Source of the DNA: Macrostomum hystrix
Taxonomy: Eukaryota > Animalia > Platyhelminthes
DNA: 64,000 nucleotides
NCBI GenBank assembly: GCA_950097015.1
Contig: CATNEN010000038.1
Coordinates: 31,434,001-31,498,000, forward strand
Direction: 5' to 3'
In this document: one piece after another, positions 1-12,702 of the stretch
Numbering within the stretch: position 1 is the first letter of the stretch
Layout of the letters: each line of letters begins with the position of its first letter
Position numbers and translations under genes: made by a program
Notes under the pieces: model-generated
The model's database searches: none
What the model was told of the DNA's origin: nothing
The model's input: the letters and a program-made list of their open reading frames with translations, nothing else

Positions 1-319
1 AATAATAGCCGAGATGGCTGCATGATGACATTTTGTGAGCAGAAAAATTAAGCCTACTAGTACGAGTATATTGGTGTTTTTGCCACCAGACACCCCGACG
101 AGAATCGTTGAATATCTCGACGATGCCGATATTTTGTGTTTCTGGAAGTTGTTTTTTATCGGATAGAGCAAAAAATTTCAGCCCTTGTTCTGCATTTTAA
201 TTGCGATTGGTTGAATAGTTTACAAGATGCAAAAAAGTTCTAATGTGGACATTTGAAATATCCCCGTGGTGTCTGTACTGTTCAGACGATACAAAGACTG
301 CAAACAGTTAACTAAGAGC

Positions 320-1898
320 TCAAAGAAATTGCGACACCTTTCTATTCTTCTCGCACAGGTGATAGATTACAATGTCGCCAAGCAGAGCCACACTAGCCAG
401 GCCCACACCGCTGAAGTACAGAATCAGCGGGCCGGAGAAGCTGCTGAGGGTGACAGGAATGCTGCCGCGGAACATTCTAGCCAGCACTTCGCCAACCTCG
501 GAGATCTGACTGCGGGCGGAGGCCTCCATCTTGGTGCCGCAGAGGCTGCCGGGTGAGCCGAAGTACTTTCTGTAGGTATCAAGGATGTAGCCTGATTCTT
601 TCAGGCGGAGAATCTCAAGATTGAATCGGCCCGTGAGGCTGGAATTCTCGGCGAATGCGAACGCGTAGCTTTTGTCGTTGGTGAGGTCGCCGAGGATTAT
701 AATCTCACACTCGGTTTTCTTCACATAATAGTCGGCCATCGGGGCCTCCATAACGCCTAGAATCTGCGTGTCCTTCAGCACCAGATCGATTAGATCTCGC
801 ATAGAATAGACTTCCAGTTCCGGCTGTTTCTTCAGCGCCGCCTGGTGCTTCCTGTTGAACTGCTGGAACAGCGCCTCGGTTGTGGTGCCAAAGAAGTGGT
901 CAGTACTGCCGCCCTTAATCCAGGCCGGCGTGAAATCCTTCAAATAGTCCGGATCCGAGCTGAATCGGTCGCGAATATTGATCATCGGCGCGTACATGTG
1001 CCGACTCTTGGAACCCTCCGTGGCCACCAGGGCGCAGAGGAAGCCTCCGGTGTACGTGGCTGCGAAGATGGCGACGAACAGCCACCAGACGGCGCTGATG
1101 CAACGGCCGGCCAGTGAGCGAGGCCACTTGCTGAAGCCTGGAAGACGGCAGAAGTCCTGGTATGGGATCTGGGACTTTTGGTCTATACAGACTTTCCCAA
1201 TAAATCTTTTATCCCAAGTTTGGGATAAAAGTCTAGTTTTGGGACCCGAATTCATGGTGTTTTAAAAAAATGGTGGAATAATTTTTGGGATTTCAATTCA
1301 ACTTTAACTTAAAATATCTAGCTTGTGCCGAGTAGCTTAAATCAAGGATTCAAGCTAATTAGATGAGAAGGTGAAATAACAGTTCAGGGGTGAGCGGCAG
1401 CACGGTTAACCCTTCTGCCTCTCGCACCAACGTCCCTCAGCTCGATTCCGCGGCGAGGCCACATTCATTTGTTGTGCAGCCGCGGAGAGCTTGGGGGGAC
1501 TCCATAGTGAGAGACGAGAATGTACAACTGCCTGACGATGAGAAAGTCAGGGCAGATGTACACACCTGTGTGAGTGTGTGCCTGCTTATGGAATCTGTTT
1601 GCGTGTGGAGTCAGCAGAATAGGCAGAATTGCCTCTTTGCTGGCTGCAAGTCTATTTCCTGTAATTATAGTTATTATTATAAGTACAGATAGATCACCGC
1701 ATTGTTAAATCTGGAGAATTAAAAATCCGAGGATATTAGCCCATCTCACCCTGATAGCATCCGGTGCTGACCACGTAGAATATGGTCTGCACAAATGAAG
1801 TCCTGCCGTTGGACCCTTGGCCGCCTACATCAATGTCCTCCTCAATGGTGTCGTTGCCAACAATGCCCAATGTTGATGGTCTAGATGGCTGCCGATGC

Positions 1899-1930
<32 letters not shown>

Positions 1931-4900
1931 ATGTTGACGCGAGTACTCGAGGCTGGTGTTTGACGCAACAGAGGCGTTCTCGCGTGGATTGTACCTGAAA
2001 TGCCGACCCGAATCTGGCAGTAAATAATAATACTTGCAGGAGGGTTGACGCAGCCAGCCAGCGAGGAGGCAATTCTGCCCATTTCGCTGACTCCTGAGCA
2101 CACACACACACAGATACCGTACGCAGGCACACGCTCACACACGTGTGTACATCTGTCCTGACTTTCTCATCGTCAAATGAATGTGGCCTCGCCGTGTAAT
2201 CGAGCTCAGGGACTAACTCTGATTCTACGAGCGTATTTGCTGGTTGAAATGTTTGAATAAAAGGAAACATTTTAGAAACCCATTTACCTGGCATTATAGT
2301 GCAGCAGCAGCGCGGTCAGCAGGAACACTCCACCCGAGGCCAGCCAGACGCCCAAGTCAAAGACGCGCAAGAAGAACTTCGCGTCGCGCACCACAGCCGT
2401 GTTTACCCACTTGGCGGGCTTAGCAACCACCTTAGCAACGGGTGCGAAATTCGTTTTTGTAATCGTTTCGTCAAGCTGAGAACACAAAAATATGATGACG
2501 CATTGTTTAACCTGAGGACCTGAAGCATGTCTGACCTGAGGACCTGAAGCATGTCTGTCCTGAGGACCTGAAGGATGTCTAACCTGTGGACCTGAAGGAT
2601 TCTGTCCTGAGGACCTGAAGGATGTCTAACCTGAGGACCTGAAGGATGTCTAACCTGTGGACCTGAAGGATGTCTAACCTGTGACCTAAAAACCTGAAGG
2701 ATTCTGTCCTGTGGACCTGAAGTATGTCTAATCTGAGGACCTGATGGATGTCTAACCTGTGGACCTAAAGGATTCTGTCCTGAGGACCTGAAGGATTCTG
2801 TCCTGAGGACCTGAAGGATGTCTAACCTGAGGAACTGAAGCATGTCTAACCTGAGGACCTGAAGCATGTCTGACCTGAGGACCTGAAGGATGTCTAATCT
2901 GAGGACCTGAAGGATGTCTTACCTGAGGACCTGAAGGATGTCTAACCTGTGGACCTGAAGGATTCTGTCCTGAGGACCTGAAGCATGTCTGACCTGAGGA
3001 CCTGAAGGATGTCTAACCTGAAGACCTGAAGGATGTCTAACCTGAGGACCTGAAGGATGTCTAACCTGAGGACCTGAAGGATGTCTAACCTGAGGACCTG
3101 AAGGATGTCTAACCTGTGGACCTGAAGGATGTCTAACCTGTGGACCTGAAGGATTCTGTCCTGAGGACCTGAAGGATGTCTAACCTGTGGACCTGAAGGA
3201 TGTCTAACCTGAGGACCTGAAGGATGTCTAACCTGTGGACCTGAAGGATTCTGTCCTGAGGACCTGAAGGATGTCTAACCTGTGGACCTGAAGGATGTCT
3301 AACCTGAGGACCTGAAGGATGTCTAACCTGTGGACCTAAAGGATTCTGTCCTGAGGACCTGAAGGATTCTGTCCTGAAGACCTGAAGGATGTCTAACCTG
3401 TGGACCTGAAGGATGTCTAACCTGTGGAGCTGAAGGATGTCTAACCTGTGGACCTGAAGGATGTCTAACCTGTGGACCTGAAGGATTCTGTCCTGAGGAC
3501 CTGAAGGATGTCTAACCTGAGGACCTGAAGGATGTCTAACCTGAGGACCTGAAGGATGTCTAACCTGAGGACCTGAAGGATGTCTAACCTGTGGACCTGA
3601 AGGATGTCTAACCTGTGGACCTGAAGGATTCTGTCCTGAGGACCTGAAGGATGTCTAACCTGTGGACCTGAAGGATGTCTAACCTGAGGACCTGAAGGAT
3701 GTCTAACCTGTGGACCTGAAGGATTCTGTCCTGAGGACCTGAAGGATGTCTAACCTGTGGACCTGAAGGATGTCTAACCTGAGGACCTGAAGGATGTCTA
3801 ACATGAGGACCTGAAGGATGTCTAACCTGAGGACCTGAAGGATGTCTAACCTGAGGACCTGAAGGATGTCTAACTTGAGGACCTGAAGCATGTCTAACCT
3901 GAGGACCTGAAGCATGTCTGTCCTGAGGACCTGAAGGATGTCTAACCTGAGGACCTGAAGGATGTCTAACCTGAGGACCTGAAGCATGTCTGTCCTGAGG
4001 ACCTGAAGGATGTCTAACCTGTGGACCTGAAGGATTCTGTCCTGAGGACCTGAAGGATGTCTAACCTGAGGACCTGAAGGATGTCTAACCTGTGGACCTA
4101 AAGGATTCTGTCCTGAGGACCTGAAGGATTCTGTCCTGAGGACCTGAAGGATGTCTAACCTGAGGACCTGAAGCATGTCTAACCTGTGGACCTGAAGGAT
4201 GTCTAACCTGTGGACCTGAAGGATGTCTAACCTGAGGACCTGAAGGATGTCTAACCTGAGGACCTGAAGCATGTCTAACATGAGGACCTGAAGGATGTCT
4301 AACCTGAGGACCTGAAGGATGTCTAACCTGAGGACCTGAAGGATGTCTAACTTGAGGACCTGAAGCATGACTAACCTGAGGACCTGAAGCATGTCTGTCC
4401 TGAGGACCTGAAGGATGTCTGTCCTGAGGACCTGAAGGATGTCTAACCTGAGGACCTGAAGGATGTCTAACCTGAGGACCTGAAGGATGTCTAACCTGAG
4501 GACCTGAAGGATGTCTAACCTGTGGACCTAAAGGATTCTGTCCTGAGGACCTGAAGGATTCTGTCCTGAGGACCTGAAGGATGTCTAACCTGAGGACCTG
4601 AAGCATGTCTGTCCTGAGGACCTGAAGGATGTCTGTCCTGAGGACCTGAAGGATGTCTAACCTGAGGACCTGAAGGATGTCTTACCTGAGGACCTGAAGG
4701 ATGTCTAACATGAGGACCTGAAGGATGTCTAACCTGAGGACCTGAAGGATGTCTAACCTGAGGACCTGAAGGATGTCTAACTTGAGGACCTGAAGGATGT
4801 CTAACCTGAGGACCTGAAGCATGTCTGACCTGAGGACCTGAAGGATGTCTAACCTGAGGACCTGAAGCGACTCACCACCAATCCAAAGTTGAGCAGGCCG

Positions 4901-5154
4901 TGCGAGAAGTCAACGAATTCTTCGCGAACAGCAGTCAGGGTAAGCGGGGCCGCAGCGAAATGAGCCGTGCCGCTGTGGACTTCGCCAACCAAGCCGTCCC
5001 ATCGGCCAGTGGCGTTGTCGTAGCTGCCGTAGCGACCGTCGCTGACGCGTTTGAATGTGGCGCGAAAATTTAAACGCTTAGACAGCTCGCTGACTATCTC
5101 AGGGTAGAAGCCGACCCAGCGACCGTTGATGTCTTGAGTAGAGAAACCCTCGGA
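320..5154 (-). CDS. Divergent ionotropic glutamate receptor / IR-like ligand-gated channel (5' end unresolved)
   Basis: GT-AG exons in consistent phase: 5154-4876 (S1: GFYPEIVSELSKRLNF..YG..WDGLVGEV..AAAPLTLTAVREEFVDFS), 2430-2288 (M1: FLRVFDLGVWL), 1994-1750 (polyQ loop, M2 ..CYQG), 1137-320 (PRSLAGR..WWLF M3, S2 GGST/MEAP/YAFAF/LRLKESG, M4, stop). Confidence 0.9.
1390..1650 (+). mobile_element. SINE family A, degenerate copy
   Basis: Shares GCTCGATTC B-box-like motif, TGACGATGAGAAAGTCAG and GGCAGAATTGCC with the copy at 31303-31660. Confidence 0.75.
2030..2240 (-). mobile_element. SINE family A, partial copy
   Basis: Reverse-complement match to the SINE A body (GAGAAAGTCAG..TGTACAC..GCAGAATTGCCTCCTCGCTGGC). 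Confidence 0.75.
2505..4868. repeat. 24-bp minisatellite (CCTGAGGACCTGAAGGATGTCTAA, with 23-bp variant) filling an iGluR intron
   Basis: About 100 tandem units are directly visible. Confidence 0.97.
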
Positions 5155-5189
5155 CTGCGACGAAGGAAATAATAGAAATCGTAACTCGT

Positions 5190-5640
5190 ACAGGCGAGAT
5201 TCCCGTCTAACAGGCGAGATTCCCGTCTAACAGGCGAGATTCCCGTCTAACAGGCGAGACTCCTGTCTAACAGGCGAGATTCCCGTCTAACAGGCGAGAT
5301 TCCTGTCTAACAGGTGAGATTCCTGTCTAACAGGCGAGATTCCCGTCTAACAGGTGAGATTCCTGTCTAACAGGTGAGATTCCTGTCTAACAGGTGAGAT
5401 TCCTGTCTAACAGTTGAGATTCCTGTCTAACAGGTGAGATTCACGTCTAAAAGTTAAGATTCCTGTGTAACTGATGAGATTCCTGTCTAACAGTTGAGAT
5501 TCCTGTCTAACTGATGAGATTCATGTTTAACAGGTGAGATTCCTGTCTAACAGGTTAGATTCCAGTCTAAGATATGAGATTCCAGTCTAACAGGTTAGAA
5601 TCTTGTTGAACAGGTGAGATTCCTGTCTAACAGTTGAGAT
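5190..5640. repeat. 20-bp minisatellite (CAGGYGAGATTCCYGTCTAA)
   Basis: Tandem units directly visible. Confidence 0.95.
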
Positions 5641-5819
5641 CCGAAAAAAGGATGTGTGCACCAACCATGATGGCAGTCACCAGGAGGTTGGGCTTCGCCA
5701 TATCTGCAGAGTCTAGCGCCGTTGCAACAACGCCCAGAGCTGAAGAAAACTGCGCCAGAACTTGAATGGATGATTGGTATAACAGACCTTATAAAAATTG
5801 CACTTATTCCTTGTATATC

Positions 5820-5962
5820 GCACCCCGACATTTACTGTAATATTAATGATAAAATTAATGATTGATTACACCTTCCCGAAATGTGCAGCGGAGAGCACAG
5901 CCGCAGCTATTGCGCGGCGCATTTTAAGGCTGCGTACGGCTGTTCAGTCCATGGACTGGGTT
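5820..5962 (-). mobile_element. SINE family B, 3' fragment
   Basis: Reverse complement of CCCAGTCCATGGACTGAACAGC..GCTGCG..TGTGCT..GTGTAATCAAT, as seen at 51477-51760. Confidence 0.7.
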
Positions 5963-6013
5963 AGGACTATGGATTTTAAAGTGCTCTGGTCACGAGTGCT
6001 CAGGACATCAATG

Positions 6014-6835
6014 ATTTGGAGTGCCCCACTGTAGATTTGGAGTGCCCCACTAGATTTGGGGTGCCCCACAATGGATTTGGAGTGCCCCACTGTGAATTTG
6101 GAGTGCCCCACTGTGAATTTGGAGTGCCCCACTGGATTTGGAGTGCCCCACAATGGATTCGGAGAGATCCATGGTGGATTTCGAGTGCCTACTATGGATT
6201 TGGAGTGCCCACTGTGGATCACTGTAGATTTGCAGTGATCCACAATGGATTTGGAGTGATCCACTATGGATTTGGAGAGATCCATGATGGATTTGGAGTG
6301 CCCAATGTGAATCACTGTGGATTTGGAGTGATCCATGATGGATTTGGAGTGATCCATGACGGATTTGGAGTGATCCACTATGGATTTGGAGTGATCCACT
6401 ATGGATTTGGAGTGATCCACTATGGATTTGGAGTGATCCACAATGGATTTGGAGAGATCCATGATGGATTTGGAGTGCCCAATGTGAATCACTGTGGATT
6501 TGGAGTGATCCACTATGGATTTGGAGGGATCCACAATGGATTTGGAGAGATCCATGATGGATTTGGAGTGCCCAATGTGAATCACTGTGGATTTGGAGTG
6601 ATCCACTATGGATTTGGAGTGATCCACTATGGATTTGGAGTGATCCACTATGGATTTGGAGTGATCCACTATGGATTTGGAGTGATCCACTATGGATTTG
6701 GAGTGATCCACTATGGATTTGGAGAGATCCATGATGGATTTGGAGTGATCCACTATGGATTTGGAGCGATCCATGATGGATTTGGAGTGCCCAATGTGAA
6801 TCACTGTGGATTTGGAGTGATCCACTGTGGATTCC
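6014..6835. repeat. ~21-bp minisatellite (TGGATTTGGAGTGATCCACTA)
   Basis: Tandem units with recurring variant blocks. Confidence 0.95.
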
Positions 6836-7804
6836 AACGATAAATTTTGGGGTTTCATAATGGATTTCTGGGACTGTGAATTGGCTTTTACTTCTGTAAG
6901 ATGAGACAAATAATTAGTTAGTTCATCAAATCAAAGCATTGCTAAAACTTACCAAAAACGCAGATAAAAGTTGCAGGCATAATAAATATTTAATTTTTTT
7001 AGACTAAATCAAAACCTGCAGATGTGTCTATGCTCCTTCATGTATTTTTATATCCCAAAGCCAGAGCTAAAAGGCCATGAGCTATAAAAAAAGCTGCTGT
7101 ATATATCCGAAAATGACCGCCAGCGGGGAGGCCAAGAACTATCTGACAGTGAGGACGCGGAGTCAAACTCCACACAGCGCTATAGAGATGGGGTTTAACT
7201 GTCGGCCCAAATTATCATCTCACTGCATGGCAGTGGCGGCCGCACTTAATAATTAATGTCGTTGAGCGCTTACTCCTGCGCCATTTTGGCCTAATAGTTT
7301 CCAGCGGCACTATAATAGTTAGTTGGGCCTCTCTCTCTGACCTACTGCAGTCGACCGTTTGTGTTCAGGAACGGGCGGTAAATGTATATTAATATTAATC
7401 TCGCTGTGCTCACAGCTTGGGTCATGTGTTTGTGTGCTGCTGTGTGTTCAGTTTATATATAAAAATATATCGATATGGTTAAAAGACCAACCAAAAATTG
7501 AGCCAATGGCGTGTCAGCTAACAGCGAAGGAATTGAGAAAAATGCAATCTATTATAAAAGAACCTATATAGGCGTCGATTGGTAGCAATAATGAGAAAGT
7601 GTAATATCGTAATAACGCATGCTTGCTTTCAATATTAGCATTGCATATATAATTCCCATGGGTAATGCGAGTGAGTGTCGTCAATTCGCATCGTTAACAA
7701 ACTCATCTTCAGAGTGTCGAATGGGAGAGAAAAACTAATATAGAACATTTTCACACTTGCATACAGCCAGTTACAGCCAGCTATGTGTATGTCTATGTGT
7801 ACAG

Positions 7805-10095
7805 CAGCCTGTGTATCACACTGCTACAGCCACTGTGTGTCACTATGTTACAGCCTCTGTGTATCACACTGCTACAGCCACTGTGTGTCACTATGTTACA
7901 GCCTCTGTGTATCACACTGCTACAGCCACTGTGTGTCACTATGTTACAGCCTCTGTGTATCACACTGCTACAGCCACTGTGTGTCACTATGTTACAGCCT
8001 CTGTGTATCACACTGCTACAGCCACTGTGTGTCACTATGTTACAGCCTCTGTGTATCACACTGCTACAGCCACTGTATATCACTATGTCACAGCCACTGT
8101 GTATCACGCTGCTACAGCCACTGTGTATCACACTGCTACAGCCAATGTGTATCACTCAGTTTCAGCCTCTGTGTATTAAACTGCTACAGTCACTGTGTAT
8201 CACACTGCTACAGCCACTGTGTATCACACTGCTGCAGCCACTGTGTATCACACTGCTACAGCCACTGTGTATCACACTGCTGCAGCCACTGTGTATCACA
8301 CTGCTACAGCCACTGTGTATCACACTGCTACAGCCACTGTGTATCACACTGCTACAGCCACTGTGTGTCACACTGCTGCAGCCACTGTGTATCACACTGC
8401 TACAGCCACTGTGTATCACACTGCTGCAGCCACTGTGTATCACACTGCTACAGCCACTGTGTATCACACTGCTGCAGCCACTGTGTATCACACTGCTACA
8501 GCCACTGTGTGTCACACTGCTACAGCCACTGTGTATCACACTGCTACAGCCACTGTGTGTCACACTGCTACAGCCACTGTGTATCACACTGCTACAGCCA
8601 CTGTGTATCACACTGCTAAAGCCACTGTGTATCACACTGCTACAGCCACTGTGTGTCACTATGTTACAGCCTCTGTGTATCACACTGCTACAGCCACTGT
8701 GTGTCACTATGTTACAGCCTCTGTGTATCACACTGCTACAGCCACTGTGTGTCACTATGTTACAGCCTCTGTGTATCACACTGCTACAGCCACTGTATAT
8801 CACTATGTCACAGCCACTGTGTATCACGCTGCTACAGCCACTGTGTATCACACTGCTACAGCCAATGTGTATCACTCAGTTTCAGCCTCTGTGTATTAAA
8901 CTGCTACAGTCACTGTGTATCACACTGCTACAGCCACTGTGTATCACACTGCTGCAGCCACTGTGTATCACACTGCTACAGCCACTGTGTATCACACTGC
9001 TGCAGCCACTGTGTATCACACTGCTACAGCCACTGTGTATCACACTGCTACAGCCACTGTGTGTCACACTGCTGCAGCCACTGTGTATCACACTGCTACA
9101 GCCACTGTGTATCACACTGCTACAGCCACTGTGTATCACACTGCTACAGCCACTGTGTATCACACTGCTGCAGCCACTGTGTATCACACTGCTACAGCCA
9201 CTGTGTGTCACACTGCTACAGCCACTGTGTATCACACTGCTACAGCCACTGTGTGTCACACTGCTACAGCCACTGTGTATCACACTGCTACAGCCACTGT
9301 GTATCACACTGCTAAAGCCACTGTGTATCACACTGCTACAGCCACTGTGTCACACTGCTACAGCCACTGTGTATCACACTGCTACAGCCACTGTGTATCA
9401 CACTGCTACAGCCACTGTGTGTCACACTGCTACAGCCACTGTGTATCACACTGCTACAGCCACTGTGTGTCACACTGCTACAGCCACTGTGTATCACACT
9501 GCTACAGCCACTGTGTGTCACACTGCTACAGCCACTGTGTATCACACTGCTACAGCCACTGTGTCACACTGCTACAGCCACTGTGTATCACACTGCTACA
9601 GCCACCGTGTATCACACTGCTACAGCCACTGTGTATCACACTGCTACAGCCACCGTGTATCACACTGCTACAGCCACTGTGTATCACACTGCTACAGCCA
9701 CTGTGTATCACACTGCTACAGCCACTGTGTATCACACTGCTACAGCCACTGTGTATCACACTGCTACAGCCACTGTGTATCACACTGCTACAGCCACTGT
9801 GTATCACACTGCTACAGCCACTGTGTATCACACTGCTACAGCCACTGTGTATCACACTGCTACAGCCACTGTGTGTCACACTGCTACAGCCACTGTGTGT
9901 CACACTGCTACAGCCACTGTGTATCACACTGCTACAGCCACTGTGTATCACACTGCTACAGCCACTGTGTATCACACTGCTACAGCCACTGTATCACACT
10001 GCTACAGCCACTGTGTGTCACACTGCTACAGCCACTGTGTGTCACACTGCTACAGCCACTGTGTATCACACTGCTACAGCCACCGTATAGCACAC
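7805..10095. repeat. 24-bp minisatellite (CACTGTGTATCACACTGCTACAGC) with higher-order duplication
   Basis: About 95 tandem units; a variant block recurs at a 720-bp offset. Confidence 0.97.
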
Positions 10096-10893
10096 CGCTA
10101 CAATCACTGCGTTAATGCATGCTGTATCAAGCATGTATATACACGTATTAGTACAAGTTACTAGGAAAATGGGGTGTTTGCGACCCGTCCGTCAAATCCA
10201 ACATTGAGCCTTATTTAACTGACAGATTTAAGCAGCCTTTAGGCAGGTAGGGCGTGATTTCTGATAATTTATTTCTTAATAAAAAATTGTGTTGAAGCCT
10301 AAACCCAACGAGGGTGAAAGGTAAGAGTTGGCCTCAAAAAAATTAAATTTGAGCTGTCCCTGGCTCTACTCAAGAGATGGCTGGCCGGTTGAGATTCTAG
10401 AAGCTTGAATTGCTGTCTGGAGAAGCCAGGGGAGGCCACTTCCGGAAGCCCCATTGTTTGGTTGGTTGGAGCTGCCAAGAAATGGGGATTTAGAATTTAG
10501 AAAATGGGAAAATATAGGAACACCCTGGAGGAATCAAGAAACGGCTCGTGATCGATGGACAGGTAGAGGAAAGAGATTCATGGTGGGAATGAAAAGAGGG
10601 TAAATTTGTGTCCAGTACGAATCAATTGTGTTAGGAGTCCGCATTTTTTCTAATTTTATGGCCTTTCAATGAACTTTCAATGGCTTTCTGCCACTTTCTG
10701 TAAACTTTGTATCTACGAGCGTGGTTTTAGTCTATGGCTTCAAATCCTAGGAACCGGATTAATGCGTTAAACGTAGTTTAATACAACAAATTTTATTATT
10801 GGTAAAACTCGAATCTCACCAAATCAAATAGATTTACGTCTCTAGAAATAAATTCTTCCTTTGACGAACCATCATTAACCAAAGCATCAACAA

Positions 10894-12702
10894 TCATGAG
10901 TTAAACAGTTTCTTTCTAACACCAGATTTGCGCCCACCGCCACGGCCGTCTGAAAAGTTCAGCTGGTCATTGTTCTCCGACACTGAAGCGCCGCCTAGAG
11001 CAGCCACTCGAGCGATCATCTGGTCCTTAACTGGCTTCAGCTTCGTATCTGCTTCGCTTCTAGCCCGCTGCAGTTTGGTTAAAAAGACGCGCCAAGCGGC
11101 GGCTCCTTCGGGTGCGGACCACGCGGCTCCAGACGGCTCCCGTGCCAGGAGGCAGTCCAGCTCCGCCTCCTGCGCCTCCAACTGTTTCATCAGTTCACTA
11201 GCTTCTTGAGCTTCAACGACTGCCAATTCGGCTTTAACTGACGCCAGAGAGGTGTCAACTTGGGCCAGGCTCCTTCTTAGCTGCTCCAATCGTCCTGTGG
11301 CAGAAGAATCCGACTTTCCATTGGCAGCTTCGAAAGCCGTCGCCTCGGCGCGCAGTCGCTCGATGGCCCTAATTTCCGCCGCCTGCCTATCAGACTCAGC
11401 TGCCAGAGCGGCGCGCCACTTTGCAGCGTCGGCCTCAACGGCGGCCGACTCTGCTGCGGCTGCCGCTTTGTCGGCTGCGGTCATCTTGGCATCCCAGACT
11501 GACTGAGCTGCGGCTATGGCCCGAGTTCTATTGGACGCCTACGAATTTATTAATACGAGACAGGCAGTTAATGATTTGTTTGTGAAGTGAGTCTCTAGTT
11601 TATCAACTTAGCTATGTCAATTTTGCAGCTAGGTGTAACCAACCTTTAAATCTGCACCCCCACTGACACTGACTAGGGATGCCAGTCGGTTTTAATTTAT
11701 GCCTAGGGATGGTTGACTGTTAGGGATGCCTGCATCACGTGATCCTTAAAGGTCACTACCTGTTTACTTGTACTTGTGACTCACGTCTATTTTTAGTAAC
11801 AAAGATTCTCCCCTACGTATATCATGCGTATACGATTTTATATTTTTAGCAACAGACCCCTTTTTTATTGATATGTCTGCTGCCTTGTTTATTGGACATC
11901 ACTTTATTTTAGTAGAAAGGCGTGATGCACATGCTACCCCTACCTTTTCTCCCCTAGACCAGAGGTTCCTTTTTTTTATTCTTTTAGTACTGTTTTTGTT
12001 AATTGCACGATAATTAAGCCACCAATTCGCAAGCATTAAATTCAAGCAAGCGAATTCAAGCTCAGGAACTTAAGGTGCGAGAGGCAAACTCATTAGACCG
12101 CTCTGCCAGTTTTGCTTCTTAAACTCTGAATTTTCTTATCAGGCGTTAATTTTCTTGACTTTTTTCATTGAGAAGAAAAACATTTTCGACTAAATAAAAA
12201 AACTCTCCTTTTCCAATAATCTATGACTGGTCAAGGGTTGAAACCTTTTGAATTGAGCGGTAGATTAAATGTCTGAATGAATGCGCCCAGGATGCAAAAG
12301 AAAGGGCGAAAATCTCTAAAGGATGCACCAGTTCGCACAGCCTCGTGGGAGTTAATGAAGATTATGTGTGATGCGGACCTCCTGCTTCAAGCGATCGATT
12401 TCATCCAACAGCTGAACATGCTGCCTGGCAATGGTCAATAACTCTCGGTGAGCGAGCATCTCTTTATCCTCCTCTGCTTCGTGTTTTGCTGCACTGTCCT
12501 GCTCCGCTGTCGCTTCAGCAGCAGATTTGATTTTTAACTTGTTGAGCTCGTTAAACTTTTTAGTCAATTGCTGCTTTAGGGATTGCATCTCTCTAGACTT
12601 ATTGCGGGTGCTCACTAGCAGCGCTAGAAGTTGTTGCTCAATCTGCATACTAATAGTAGTATCAGACTGGCAAGAATTTTCTACTGATGCTTCAGTATTC
12701 AT
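10894..12702 (-). CDS. Ala/Glu/Lys-rich coiled-coil protein, unknown function
   Basis: Exon 12718-12379 (ATG at 12702, donor GAG|gtccgc) joins in phase 0 to exon 11538-10894 (acceptor cgtag). Helical heptad-like composition; no recognised family. Confidence 0.65.

Noticed and set aside
2403-10164. Long repetitive ORFs (LQVLRLDI, HSKSIVD, CITLLQPL, SHCYSHCV etc.)
   Set aside because: Translations of minisatellites, open in several frames and strands; one array lies inside an iGluR intron.
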